From Vitrella brassicaformis CCMP3155 (Eukaryota; Protista; Chromerida), in the NCBI GenBank assembly GCA_001179505.1, contig CDMY01000466.1:1-64000 (forward strand): 64,000 nucleotides of DNA. The letters are read 5' to 3'. This document shows, piece after piece, positions 23,001-34,420 of this stretch. Each line of letters begins with the position of its first letter. Within the stretch, counting starts at the first letter, position 1. A model generated the notes under the pieces. It was not told where the DNA came from and made no database searches. It saw only the letters and a program-made list of their open reading frames with translations. Made by a program: the position numbers and the translations under genes.

Positions 23001-26000
23001 TGTATTGGGGCGGTGGTCAGGACAATGTGTTGGACAGCAGGGACAACGAGCTCATCAGATCCTCATCATGCAGCCACGTCCACCGATGTCCCCGATGCAA
23101 CTGGTAGATCCACCCAGCTCTCACCCACCACCCACACTCCATCCATCCATCCATTCATCCACTCACGCACCTTTCTTCTCTCTTTAGGTCGGTGAACTGT
23201 ATCACGGAAGCGGACGGCAGCACGCCCGTGGACGGGTGGAGGTTCCTGGGGAAGAGCCTCAAGGACGTCCTCAGGCAGCGAGAGGCCATGGGCGACTCAT
23301 TGCGGATGGACCTCGAGGCTCTGCTCACCCGAGGCGACCTCAACGATGAGGGGGTGCGGGAGCAGATCAAGGCCATGATTTACCCCCGCCCTGCCGTCGC
23401 CAAGATGATCATGTCCAGGGGCATCGTCAAGGAAAACGATATGAGACAAGTAAGCAAGTCGGGCGTGGGTGAGGGAGGGAGGATAGACGGTCGTGAGGAT
23501 GACTGGCTGGCTGGATGCATGTGTCTGTGTCTGTGTGTTCGCGCTGTCTCTCTCTTTGTCTAATGTGTGTAGTTCTTCCCCGACCGGATGGCGTCTGTCA
23601 TTCGCTTCCTCCTCTTCAAAGGTACCAACACGACCAGAACCACCCGACAGACCAGGCCCCCATCGCCAATTTGTACCTGACCCCTTCCCCCCCGCCACCT
23701 CCCGCTGTCAGGCGATTGGTCCCTGGTCAACCAGCTGGTGCTGCACGGCCTCATTCCCCAACCTGAGCTCATCACCGTCCTCAGAGACGCATGCCAGCTC
23801 ATTCTCAAGGTCACGATGGCCGGTCGCGCCGAGTACCTGGCGCTCGTCGACACGCTCATCCCTCTGGCGAACATCAACCTCACCGATGACGATAGCTCCC
23901 CGCTGTCCATTCTCGCCAACAGAGAGGGCCCCTGCACACAGGCTGAGAGGGCCCTGATTGCCGAGTGCGTCCAGAAGCTGATTGACGGTGGTGCGCGTGT
24001 GGGGCGGTTCTCGCTTCGCCAGACGTTGCCGATGCCGCTGGTGCGGCAGCTCATCAAAGTCCCCAATTCTGACCTCACAGGTAGATTGATCAGGTCCACA
24101 GGCAGACCAGCACATCCACCGATGTATGTGGTCTGGTTGTGTGTGTGCATGTGTTCAGACATCCACCCCAACGGCGACACAATCCTCCACACGGTCATCA
24201 ACAGGATGTCACTCCAGGACTTCACGCGGCCCGTCGTCAAGCCCGACGGGTCCTACAACCCCGCCGTCGACGCCATCCTGACCATCCTCCGCATCCGCCG
24301 CCAGCCCGACGGCTCACTGCTGCTGCTCAAGGAGGGCAGACACTACCCCGACGCGCCGAGGGTGCCGGACAGAGTGGCGAGCATGGCCAACCTCGAGGGC
24401 CATCTGCCGCTGCATCGACTCATCAAGAAAGCCAGGGTCAGTCTGACAGTGTCTCTCACTCACTGCCTCTCTCTGTGGGCACTTGACACACTGCGGCCTC
24501 AACACAAGGGCAGGCGGGCAGGCAGGCAGGCAGGCAGAGGAGAGAAGTGGGGCGACAGCCGTGCGGCACTGCCTGCTTGCCTGTCTGTCTGTCTGTCTGT
24601 TTGTATGTTTGTATGTGTGTGTGTTAGGAGTGTGGCGGGTCGACCACGTGCAGTGCGGCCTTCGACCTGGTGCTCGAGGCGCTATTCAAACGAGGAGGCG
24701 CCCCATGGGTAATTATTATTGACGACATCGACAACATCAACTCGCACACACAAACACACCACACCCATGTGTCTGTGTGCATCTGTGTCTGTGTGAAGGG
24801 CTTCACCCGCAACCGCGCTGACCCCGCCAATGTTCATTTTGTGGACCCGCCCGTCTTCATCCATTGGAACGAGATCGTCCTGGGCGACGGCGACTGGATG
24901 CACAGGTGGTTCCACGACAAGCCGCTCCTGCGCAAGCTCTTCGCCAACGGGATGGACACCAACATCCGCGACACCAAGGGCAACACGCTGCTGCATCGAA
25001 GGTGGGGCGGGGCGGGGCGAGGCGAAGGGGGGGTGGGGGGAGAAGAGCAACACGGGCACTGACGAGAGAACCTGCACCCGTGCCCACTCTGTATGTGTGT
25101 CCCCGTGTGTGTGCGTGTGTGTGTGCAGCATCCGCCAGGGATCAGGTAGGTCACCCGTCAAACACGTGCAGAGATGCCATGACGACGCATTGCATTTCCC
25201 CCCGTTCTTTTGTCTTGCCTTTCCTTGCGTTGTGTGCAGCGGGTCGTGAGGACGTCGTGGGCTTCCTTCTCTCGCAGGGCGTCGACCCCTCCGCCCGCAA
25301 CCACGCCGGCGAGACCGCCCTCGGCATGCTCTACAATCTCATCGCCACTCGCCCACTCGCATTCGAGCCGGCGCACCTGCTGAGTGTGCTCGTGTCCCAC
25401 GGGGCCGACACCCACGACATCCGCCGCCACGATGGCCGCCCGCAGAGCCTCTTGAGCCTCTACAGGCCGCAGGGCATCCCGACCGCGGTGCGCCGTGGTG
25501 GGCCCGGCAGCACACCCCCACCGACCATCAGCGTGTCAGCGGAGCAGTATAGGGCTGTGAGCGATGCGGTGGCGTCTGGGGATCGAAATCAGTGGGTGCA
25601 CCAGACGGCATAATGGCATGTGTTGATCGACTGGAATGTGGTGCACGGTGTCGCATTTTGTTTGTATGTATGTATGCCAGGTTGGTGGGGGTGCTGGTCA
25701 ACATGTGTTTGATGAAGACCTTCTGGCCCGTCAACTCGCACATCCCACGGGTAAGTGAAGTTGGTGGGGCAGGGAGGGAGGGAGGGAGGGAGATGCGCAC
25801 GCACCCCGATACACACGACCATGGGTGTGTATGTGTGTGTGTGATGTGTCAGACCCCGTTGTGGCGTGAGGCATTGTTTGGTTCCCCCGGCCGTCTGATG
25901 AGTTACATGCGCATGGGGGCCCTCATCGACCCCATCCCGCCCGACCTTCGATCCAGACCAGCTACCGCCACCGTCATCCGAAGTACGCAACCCACCCGCA

Positions 26001-27245
26001 CATAACCGTGTGAACAACTATGGTCGCCTTTGCTTGTGGGTGGCGTCTGTCTGTCTGTGTGTGTGTGTGCAGCGTACCACTCGTATCTGCAGGGGAGCAA
26101 GAAGCGAGTCCGTTATGCGCTGGAGGGGTGGACGGCCGCCATGTCCGAACTCACCAATGACGTCCCGCGCGACTCGCCACTAGGCCACTTCCTCACCGAG
26201 CGGCTACCGGAGAGCCTCATGGCACAAGTCAGTACACAGCGACAGCCGACAAGACAAGACACACACACAGACATACTGACTATCTACGTATACCGACAGC
26301 ACCTGCACGTCTGTCTGTCTGGTTGTGGTGCGGTCCGCCGTGTTGGTTCAGTTTTATTCGTATATGCTGCCGCCGACGTTTGCAGCGCTGCCCTCCCATC
26401 TGTTCCCCGGCAACACGCCCTTCCACAATGCCTGTCGGGGCATCCTGACGTCGCATATGCACACCATGGCCACTGAGTGCGCCAAGGGACCCGGCGGCCT
26501 CGGTGAACCAGGAATCGGTGAGATCAATGACTGCATTACGTATGCGCTGCGCCATCTGTGCGGAGTGGATGGACTTTGCCTGTGTGTGTCTGTGTGTGCA
26601 GAGCTGCTCATCATGGCCTGTGTCATCCTCCTCGAGCCTGAAATACTCAAGGAGGGCCTCAGGGTAGGGTACGGTGCCAGAGTGGCCCCATGGAACTCCT
26701 CTGTCTGTCTGTCTGTCTGAGCTCAGGTTGGCATCTACGAGATGATTCCCCCGGCCACACCAGACCCACAGCAGCAGCAGCAGCAACAGCCATCATCATC
26801 ATCGTCATCATCATCGTCGAGCGGCGCTGCTCCTCTCCAGAGTGATGCATTCATGGCCCTCAGCGATGCCAACGCAGCGCTGTCGACACTCGAGGCAAGT
26901 GTGGAGGCCATCATGACGGCCCTACGCCAGGCCAAAGAGCAGGCTGCTGTCGACGGGGCGGCCAATGGGGGCGGCGGCGGGGGCGGGGGAGAGGCCGCAT
27001 CATCCCTCAACGCCGGACCACCTCAGCAGAGCAACAACAACGCGGCGACGGCAGCAGCCGCAGCCTCGGAGCCCGTAAGGCATACAGACACTTACATAGC
27101 AAGAAGGTGTGACCGGCCCTGGATGAGTGTTTGCTTCTTCCGTGGTTCCATTATGCAGGCGTCGTCCGCTGGTGTGGGTGTCCGGAGCGGCAGCGCTGGT
27201 GGTGTGGATGAGTCGGCAAGGCCCGCCCGCAGACAGAGGCTGTGA
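20089..27245 (+). CDS. PHD finger / PINIT-like / Ala-Pro low-complexity / C3HC4 RING / ankyrin-repeat protein (about 25 exons)
   Basis: GT-AG phases chain consistently from PHD (CLC...CTLCQQIY|HEGC...CHMCRFRQMDP) through PINIT-like (QTWPEELDVTVNSE, EPRD|VTRY, ILGFFVT), RING (CCLC..QPCGHLLCGRC...CPRC) and ANK (NGDTILH, DTNIRDTKGNTLLH, GVDPSARNHAGETAL). The model includes a 17-nt micro-exon at 25129-25145. The start codon and the last two or three exons are uncertain. Confidence 0.7.
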
Positions 27246-27569
27246 CTCACTCGCACATCGGCAGTCAGTCAGTCTGTCGGCCACAGCAGCAGCATAGCAG
27301 AAGACAGGCCAGCAGAAATCAATTAATTGATTGATGCAGGTCAATTGATTGATGCAGTGGGGAGGGCGGGAGGCAAGGAGGGAGTAATTTTGCCCCTAGG
27401 TGGGTTTTGACCTGGTCGGTCAGCGTGTCTGTGTGTGGCTTGCGAACCAATTGAACCGATTGTCTGGGCTGATCAACACAACTGCAATGCCCGAAGCAAT
27501 GACTTCGATCCCTCCTCACACACCTGCGAGCTTCTATCAAACGAACCAATAAACGAACGATGCTGGCGG

Positions 27570-27633
27570 TTCGGACTGTTTGGACACTCTGGATCTACCA
27601 GCAGTGTCGCAGATATGCAGCGTTATCGCAGCC
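27570..27633 (+). promoter_or_regulatory. Conserved 64-nt element with stem-loop, copy A, immediately upstream of and spanning an in-frame AUG
   Basis: Matches 33884-33947 with 7 mismatches, all transitions. Stem GACACT-CTGG / CCAG-c-AGTGTC at 27583-27608, loop ATCTA. Confidence 0.6.
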
Positions 27634-28901
27634 TCTTCGTCCAGTGTGGTTCCGTCCACACGATGGTGCGCCTTCTCCGCCTGCTGATCCTCTTCCTTCT
27701 TGCCGCAGCCGTGCTTGGCTTCACGTTGCCTCCTCATTCCCGCCGTTCTGCCATCGGTGCTTTCCGGTCTCGTAGAGAGGCAAGTCGACGCCGCAGGGGA
27801 CTCATGCACATGGTATGCACTGACGCAGCCAAGACGCTCACACTGTGTGTGCCTGTCTGCCTGTCTGTTTACTGCCAGGTGACGTTCCGCAACGTCAGAG
27901 AGGGCTCCGGCTTCCGCCCCATAATGGAGGAGGAGTGGCAGCTCAACCCGCTGGAGATCCGCCGCAACATCTCTGAGGGCGACTTTGGGACTCGAATTAA
28001 CACATCCTTCACGCTTGGCAAGGAGTTCGACCACCCCGCCGCCTTGCTTGGGACGCTGGTGTGGCCCATTGTGCAGGAAGTGGCCATCGCGGGCTACCCC
28101 AACTTAATTATGCACGCGCACAACCTGTGGACGCGATTCAGCCGCCAGACGGGCAAACTCATGGGAGAGGTACGGACGTACAGACAGTGAGAGATTGTCA
28201 ACCACACAGGCGAATTTCACGCCAGCACTCACTCCCTGGCCTGCCTCTATTGCTGTGAATATCAGCAGCCCGCCTTCGTCCTCACATGGGGTGAGACATC
28301 ACAGGCCGTTCTTCTGGATCGTCTTCGACGGCAGCGGTGGCCCACTCGACCTGGCCAAGACGGCCGCACACATCCGCAAGAAAAAACTCGGCAGCGTAAG
28401 CCAACACACAGGCACACCCAGCCACTCACACCCACACCCACTCACACACACACACGGGGACGGGTGTGTGTGTTCTTGTTGCAGCATGGGGCGGTGACGG
28501 ACGGGCTCGAGTGGTACATGGTGGAGCTGCCTGATGAGAAGGACAGCCCCGGACCGGATGAAAGGCTGGGTTTGTCCCGTATGAAGTCATGCGTCACATT
28601 CGACATCTGTGACCAGGTCAGCCGCACACACACACGCACATCTGTGTGTCGGCAGCTGCTTTAACGCATCCATGTGCTGCCTTGATGTCATTCACAACAA
28701 TATGCCCAGGCTCAGGATATCGTCGACTGGATTCTGGGCAAGCTGAGGGAGCGGGCGGCCGAGTGCCCAGAAGAGTGGGAGCACACGCCGGAGTGGCGGT
28801 CGACACGGGCAGCACGGGAGGAGGCCGAGAGGGCCGCACAGCTCGAGAAAGAGAAGAAAAAGAACCACAAGAAAAGTGGGCAGACGATGGCAACCACCTG
28901 A
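27615..28901 (+). CDS. Putative plastid-targeted protein of unknown function, possibly a degenerate restriction-endonuclease-like fold (5 exons)
   Basis: In-frame ATGs at 27615 and 27663. Signal peptide MVRLLRLLILFLLAAAVLG-F, then an Arg/Ser-rich transit peptide. Exons chain to ...GQTMATT* (TGA 28899-28901). Contains GAVTDGLEWYMVEL. The boundaries of the third exon are uncertain. Confidence 0.65.
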
Positions 28902-29312
28902 GCCTGAGGGCGCAGCCAGGTCGGTGGGTGGGTGGGTGGAAGGCGAGGGGGGCAGGGAGGGGCTGCCTGGGTGGCTGTCGGTAGGGAGAGGCAGACTCTC
29001 TCTCTCGTCGGGGTAGTGAGTGGGTGCATTTATGTCAGTCAGTCAGTGATGGACGGATGCTTTGGGTCTTTTTGCCGTGTACACAGTGATGCTTTGAGAT
29101 TTCATACACGGGTGCCTGTCCGCTCGCTGTGCGTTGCACCCAATCGCCTGGACGGATGCATGGACTCAGTTTGCGCCTTGATCATTGACGAAGTTCGTCT
29201 ACATACTGTCCAAATGCACCCTCCCTCCCTCCATTTGTCCCCCTGTCAGTCGCCGCCCCTCTCCACTGCAATCGATCAATCAAATCAATCAATCACAGAG
29301 GCAAAAACAGCC

Positions 29313-32300
29313 TCAACGAGCCATGGTTGCAGCTGACCAGCCCCGCACAAAGAAGGCGTCCATCGGCAGCTTGTACGTAACAGAAGCAAATGGCGCTCGC
29401 AGCATTGCCTTAGCTGTATCACTCTGATCCCGCTGACGACAATAGTAGGCCTGCAAGCTGCCATCCGCATGGTCCAGCCCCCACTCTTTATCGCTCTCGC
29501 AGTCGCTCATTGCATCGTCGTGACCCAGTCTCCCTCCCCCGTCTGATGTACCATCTCCATCAACCGCGCGATCGATCAGCCCCATGCCACCCTCGTGTTC
29601 CATCTGGCCAGAGCCCATTAGGCCTCCATCGGTGCTGCTGACGGCTGCCGTGAAGCCGAAGGAGACACACAGGGACAGTGGCACCAACGCATCGAGCTCC
29701 AGTGAAAAAGTGCACGTGACGGAGGATTTGCTGTCAATGGGGTCCAGCAAAACGCAGCGAGGGGACGAGTGACGGACGGATGAGCCGCAGGTGGAGAAAG
29801 TCCTGGGATGGAGCTGCAGTGTCGCGCTCAAATTCTCGAGCAAGCGGTGAGTCGTGTTGTGGATGTCGATGTGAAGCAGCAGCCCGACAGCAGGGATCAA
29901 GCGGGAAGCCTCGAGACGGCGGCAAAATCTGGAGAGGTCAGAGAGAGGAACCTCAACACAGCGGCACACATTGTGTCCTCTCACTTGGCTTGGTGTTGCA
30001 GGGTGATCATCAGTGGCGCCACGCTTAGCGTCACAGGCCGACCGAAGGTGTCAATTCCAAGCCCTTCAGACTGCTTCACGAGCCCGTGATGCCTCGTCAT
30101 TCCCTCATCGCTCCACTCCCAGTAAGCCGCTAGCCAGTCATCCCACTCCCATTTCTCCTCTCCTTGCAAGGTCTTCACATCCATAGATCTCTCGATGACC
30201 TGCCGCATCGATAGGAGGTAGTCGACTGGCCGATTCGCGTATGTTGACAGGACGGACTCGGGAATGGTGGCCTTCAAGTGTTCAGCGATGGCACGCTGAC
30301 AGCTCTGAAGCTCCTCTGCTGCTCTGTCGATCAGCTGCAGGCACTGAGGCAACCACTCGCTCGGCACTGACTGGGTGGGCAGTTGGTCGGCCAGCCCCGC
30401 AATCATTCTCATGATGGCCAGGTGGCGCGTCGGGTTGAGAATGCAGTCGTCTTTCTTCGATCGTCCGCTCAGGGCCCGCAGAAGGCCAACAAGGCAATGC
30501 AGACGGTGCATGAAGCCACACAGCGCCACCGACGGATCCGCTGCTCTCTTCTTTGCCACCAATCCCTTGCCCAGAGACCAGCAGACGATGTCAACGAAGG
30601 AAGGAGGGGCAGAAGGGTTTATAAAAGGGGCAATGAAGGTCGCCCACAGCACATGGCTGAAAGCCATGGTGCGCTCGACAAGGGTTGACCCCGCCAGTAG
30701 GTCAGCTGTCAGGCCCTTGTCGTCGACGGTCGCCTCGACAGTCACCACTTCCTTGTCGAGAGCCAGCTTGACTCCCTTGCTCTGTCCTCCCTTGGCAGCC
30801 GTCGTCATGCCTCTTGCCACCTCCACCCACGCGCCCATCGCATCGCTGCTCGCCTCGCCCACCACCGTGCCCCACTGAGCCACACAGCTGTCGAGAGAAG
30901 ACGGGAGAAGGCATCCCTTATGTGAAAGCTGCTTGGTGGCCCGCTCGGTCGCCTCTTCAGCACGAGACGTGCGGTAAGGCTCCACAGCAGCCCACTGGTT
31001 GACCGACAAATTGCGTGCCGTCGCCGCCGCCTCTCCTCGTGTCCCCTTCGGCTGCCGCCGCGGCGGTCCTGCTTGTCTCGTGCGCCCCCGAAGGAACGTG
31101 AACGGCTGGTCTTGCGCCTTGGGCCGCCGCCTTCTCGGCTGCACGGCCGTCGCTCTCACTTTGGCGTTTCTCTCGTGATATATCAGTCTGGTGAACGCAT
31201 CGGGGGCAGTAAGAGACGAGGCTGCATCCGTTGGGGCAGAGGGAGGGGGAGCTGAGGCGCGAGGAACAGCAGAGGACTTTTGCATTGACGCGGCTTGGTA
31301 GGATGACAGGGTCGCCTTGGCAACGTGGAGGGTCGTCAGATACCGGCGGACACGATGATGAGCGCTGGAAATGCTGTCCACCACGGCGGCTGTCGTACCT
31401 TCCCTCGTTCTCCTTGCCGGGAGAACCCTAACAGAGGCACTGATGGATGGTGGCTGTGCGCGTGGCGAGCAGGGCATGGCGTGGAGAGGCTGGATGACGG
31501 CCGACAGATGGCCGATGAACTCCAGTAGAGCAGCTGGCGTAGAGTCAGGGTGGGTGGTGCGGAGGGATGACGCAAAGTGCTCCAGCAGAGACAGGGTCGG
31601 TGGGGAGCCTGAAAGCGGAGTGAGAGTTTTCAGGCAGTGGTGTCCGTATGCCTGACTTACCGTCTTGTGTTGATGCCTTCTCTTCGTCCTTCCACACCCA
31701 CGGGCCCTTGCTGTCCCCCTCGGTCTCCATATGTCCTCTCAGACGTGGCAGGTCCACTGTGCTCGCAGGGAAAGCGACGGTCAGCGCTGCCTGCACGGCC
31801 TCGTCGACCCTGTCACCCCTGCTGGTCCTTTCGTCATCCGTGACAGCCTGTTGTAGTAGCCAGAGCATGACGGTAGCGCGGCAGCCGAGGAAGGAAAGAA
31901 GGCGCTGGCATGGGGGGTCCGGACGGGATGGGGATGGGGCCGACGGGTGTGGGAAGAAGGACTGGAGTGGTGATGGACTGGGGAGCAACGACAGAATGTC
32001 TGATACCACATGCCGGGCTAAGGCGAGAATCTGACGCAAAGACAGAAACACGGATCCGACGCGTTTACAGGCATTGGTCCATCCGCTGTGCCGCTTTTCC
32101 TTCCTGCCCTCACCTGTTGCGCATCTTGCCGCTCGATAGCCTCCCTTCCCCTGGCCCTCCCCATGACGGCTATGACGCCGAGCCGCCACAGCCACACCTC
32201 TTTCATCACTAGTCGCCTCACAACGTCATCGCCCCCCTCATCCTGCTGTAAATCGGCCACGCTCATGACATTCTCGCACTGCACATCCCATATGCACGGC

Positions 32301-33757
32301 AGACCGCACAGCGCCCAGCCCATGCCGGTGCCATCGCCACCCGACAGGAGCGCAGGCACCGACCGTACCACCTCGGCGAGCGATGGCAGGATGGCGGTGA
32401 GGAGGTCGTCATAGGTGGCGTTGTGCTCTGCGAGGAGGTCAACCAGGGTGAGGACGGCACAAGACGGATGCAGGCGACACTGCGACGCGTCGCTGTCTGT
32501 GGGGCGATGGAGGGCGGTGGATATGAGGAAGTCCAGGATTGAGAGCGATGTGGTGAATAGTGGCTGAATGGAATGGCGAAGAGACGGAGGCCCTCGCGAT
32601 GCCTTCTCGACCAGGGTGAGGGGGGACAGGGCTGCTTGAATGTAACGGGCACACATAGCGCGATCGCCAGACATGCTCAGGCCCTGCCAGCAATGAACCA
32701 ACCAAGACAGTCATCAAGATTGTGTCACAAAGTCGTCTGCTCTTTGTAAGTGACTGACCATGCCATCGCCGGCCGTGAAGGTAGCGTAGCTCGCAATCTC
32801 CTCCGCCGTGTCCTGTCCCCTCCTGTTGGTGAGATTGGCCACAAATGGCCACGCCAGGACCGAGGCACGCCCAGCCGCCTTGATCGCCCAACGACCCATC
32901 TCCACCACACCCATACCAATACCCACACCAGCAGAACCATCAGCAGAGGCCGGCGTGCATTTCACTAGGTCCACAAGAGCACACACGATGAACATGAGAG
33001 GGTCGACCGGCTCGTCAGATGAAGCATATGGCTGAGGGGGGTTGCGCAGCGGGTGAGTGCGGGTGGCATCCAGGAGGGTGGTGGCTGGATAAGACGACAC
33101 CACAAGCGCTTCGGGCACGTGTGCGATGAAGCGGAGGGCGGCGATGGCCAGACGCTCCTTGCCAGAGAGGGGGCTGTTAGCGTCCTTGTGCACGTTGCTT
33201 TTGTCAAGGATGGCTGCAAGTGTCGCATAGATGTCGTTCAGGGCAGCGACGATCAACAGCTCACCAAGACTGGCTTGACACGCATCGCCAGGGGAGGTGT
33301 CGTCCGCCGCCTCCTTCGCCAGCGGGTAGAGCCCCCTGCTGGCTGCCGATCCGCCGCCTAACACACAGCGGACAATCGCGGAGGCGTCTTCACGGCCAAG
33401 GGCCGCGCTCAAGCAGGAGACCATCATGTCGTAGGCCTGTATCTTGAGACTGGCAATCGATGCTTGTGCGCTGGCATCGCCCCGGGACTCACGGGATGGT
33501 GCGGCCATGAAGATGGCGCGGGTGAGGGCCGGCAGATAGGCCAGCGATGGGTGCAGCGCAGGCCTGGGAGAACGGAGAGCGTCTTCGAGCGACTTGGATA
33601 AGACTGTGAGTGAAGTCGCCTGAACACGTAACACACCACATCATTCACCACACACACGTGGATGCATTCAATGCATTGCTGAGAACTTCAGTCGTCTGAC
33701 CATCTTCTTGAGCCGCGCCTGACCATCTTCTCCTGCTCCATGAGAATCTTCCGCCAT
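29313..33757 (-). CDS. Large alpha-solenoid protein with a C-terminal adaptin/coatomer appendage-like segment (TPLATE/beta-COP-like, tentative)
   Basis: Six exons chain in phase from MAEDSHGAGEDGQARLKKM| to ...YKLPMDAFFVRGWSAATMAR*. The body is Leu/Ala-rich and helical. The C-terminal region has a beta-sandwich-like pattern (LLLHIDIHNTTHRLLENLSATL...VTCTFSLEL..LCVSFGF). The family assignment is inference only. Confidence 0.55.
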
Positions 33758-33883
33758 TTGCTTCGCATCCACAATCAGACCACTGCAGTGCCCAGAGATC
33801 TGAACAGCGGTTTCATGGAGGACCCTAGGCGGCCAAGGGTTTCGAAGCCTTTATCAGAGAGCAGATTGACAACGCCGGCGGCC

Positions 33884-33947
33884 TTCGGACTGTTCGGACG
33901 CTTTGAATCTATCAGCAGTGTCGCAGATATGCAGCGCCATCGCAGCC
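33884..33947 (+). promoter_or_regulatory. Conserved 64-nt element with stem-loop, copy B, immediately upstream of and spanning the TUTase AUG
   Basis: Homolog of 27570-27633. The stem at 33897-33922 keeps all pairs through two G-U wobbles and one compensatory G-C to A-U change. Confidence 0.6.
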
Positions 33948-34387
33948 TTTCGGTATCGGCAGTCTCTGCTCTATCGACACGGCTCACCCAGCCGACCACA
34001 CGGCCTCTCCCGCCTTGTTCAGGGCTGTCTTTGGCCCCTGCTGCCCCACCATGCCCCGCCACACACAGATCATGTGCATCAGCCGCATCGACAGTCACTG
34101 ATGGCGTCGGTGCCAAAAATGACTTTGATGCGGCACCATCGGTGCATCTGGCCTCTTCTTTCCTGGCGGGCCTCTACAGGCGGCACCCGGAGCGGTTCAC
34201 CCGCGAAAATGCACTTGCATTGCAGCGATACTGCGCTGACCATGGGTGCCCCGTTTCTGGTGCACGGGGCGGTGGGGAGGATGGGGACAGCCACAAGGAG
34301 AGGTACTTCAACCAGCTCACAACCGAGGTACGGGCACCAGAAAGTGAACCACACACACCACAGCACAGCGCACACATCTCTCTCTCC

Positions 34388-34420
<33 letters not shown>

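Noticed and set aside
27597-27612. CAGUGU within the conserved element, suggesting an iron-responsive element
   Set aside because: The flanking bases (ACCAG / CGCAG) cannot form the 5-bp IRE upper stem, and CAGUGU is paired in the better-supported hairpin.
27570-27633. snoRNA interpretation of the conserved element
   Set aside because: No C/D boxes (RUGAUGA, CUGA) are present, and AGAUAU after the stem does not fit the ANANNA H box.
33696-33731. 13-nt direct repeat (period 23 nt) that seemed to frameshift the start of the solenoid gene
   Set aside because: A phase-0 GTCAGA donor after ...RLKKM splices cleanly to the next exon, so no frameshift is needed.
33929-34100. TUTase as the unknown chromerid plastid poly(U) polymerase
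   Set aside because: There is no signal peptide or bipartite leader, and the UTP-selecting His is absent. Mitochondrial targeting fits better, though plastid targeting is not formally excluded.
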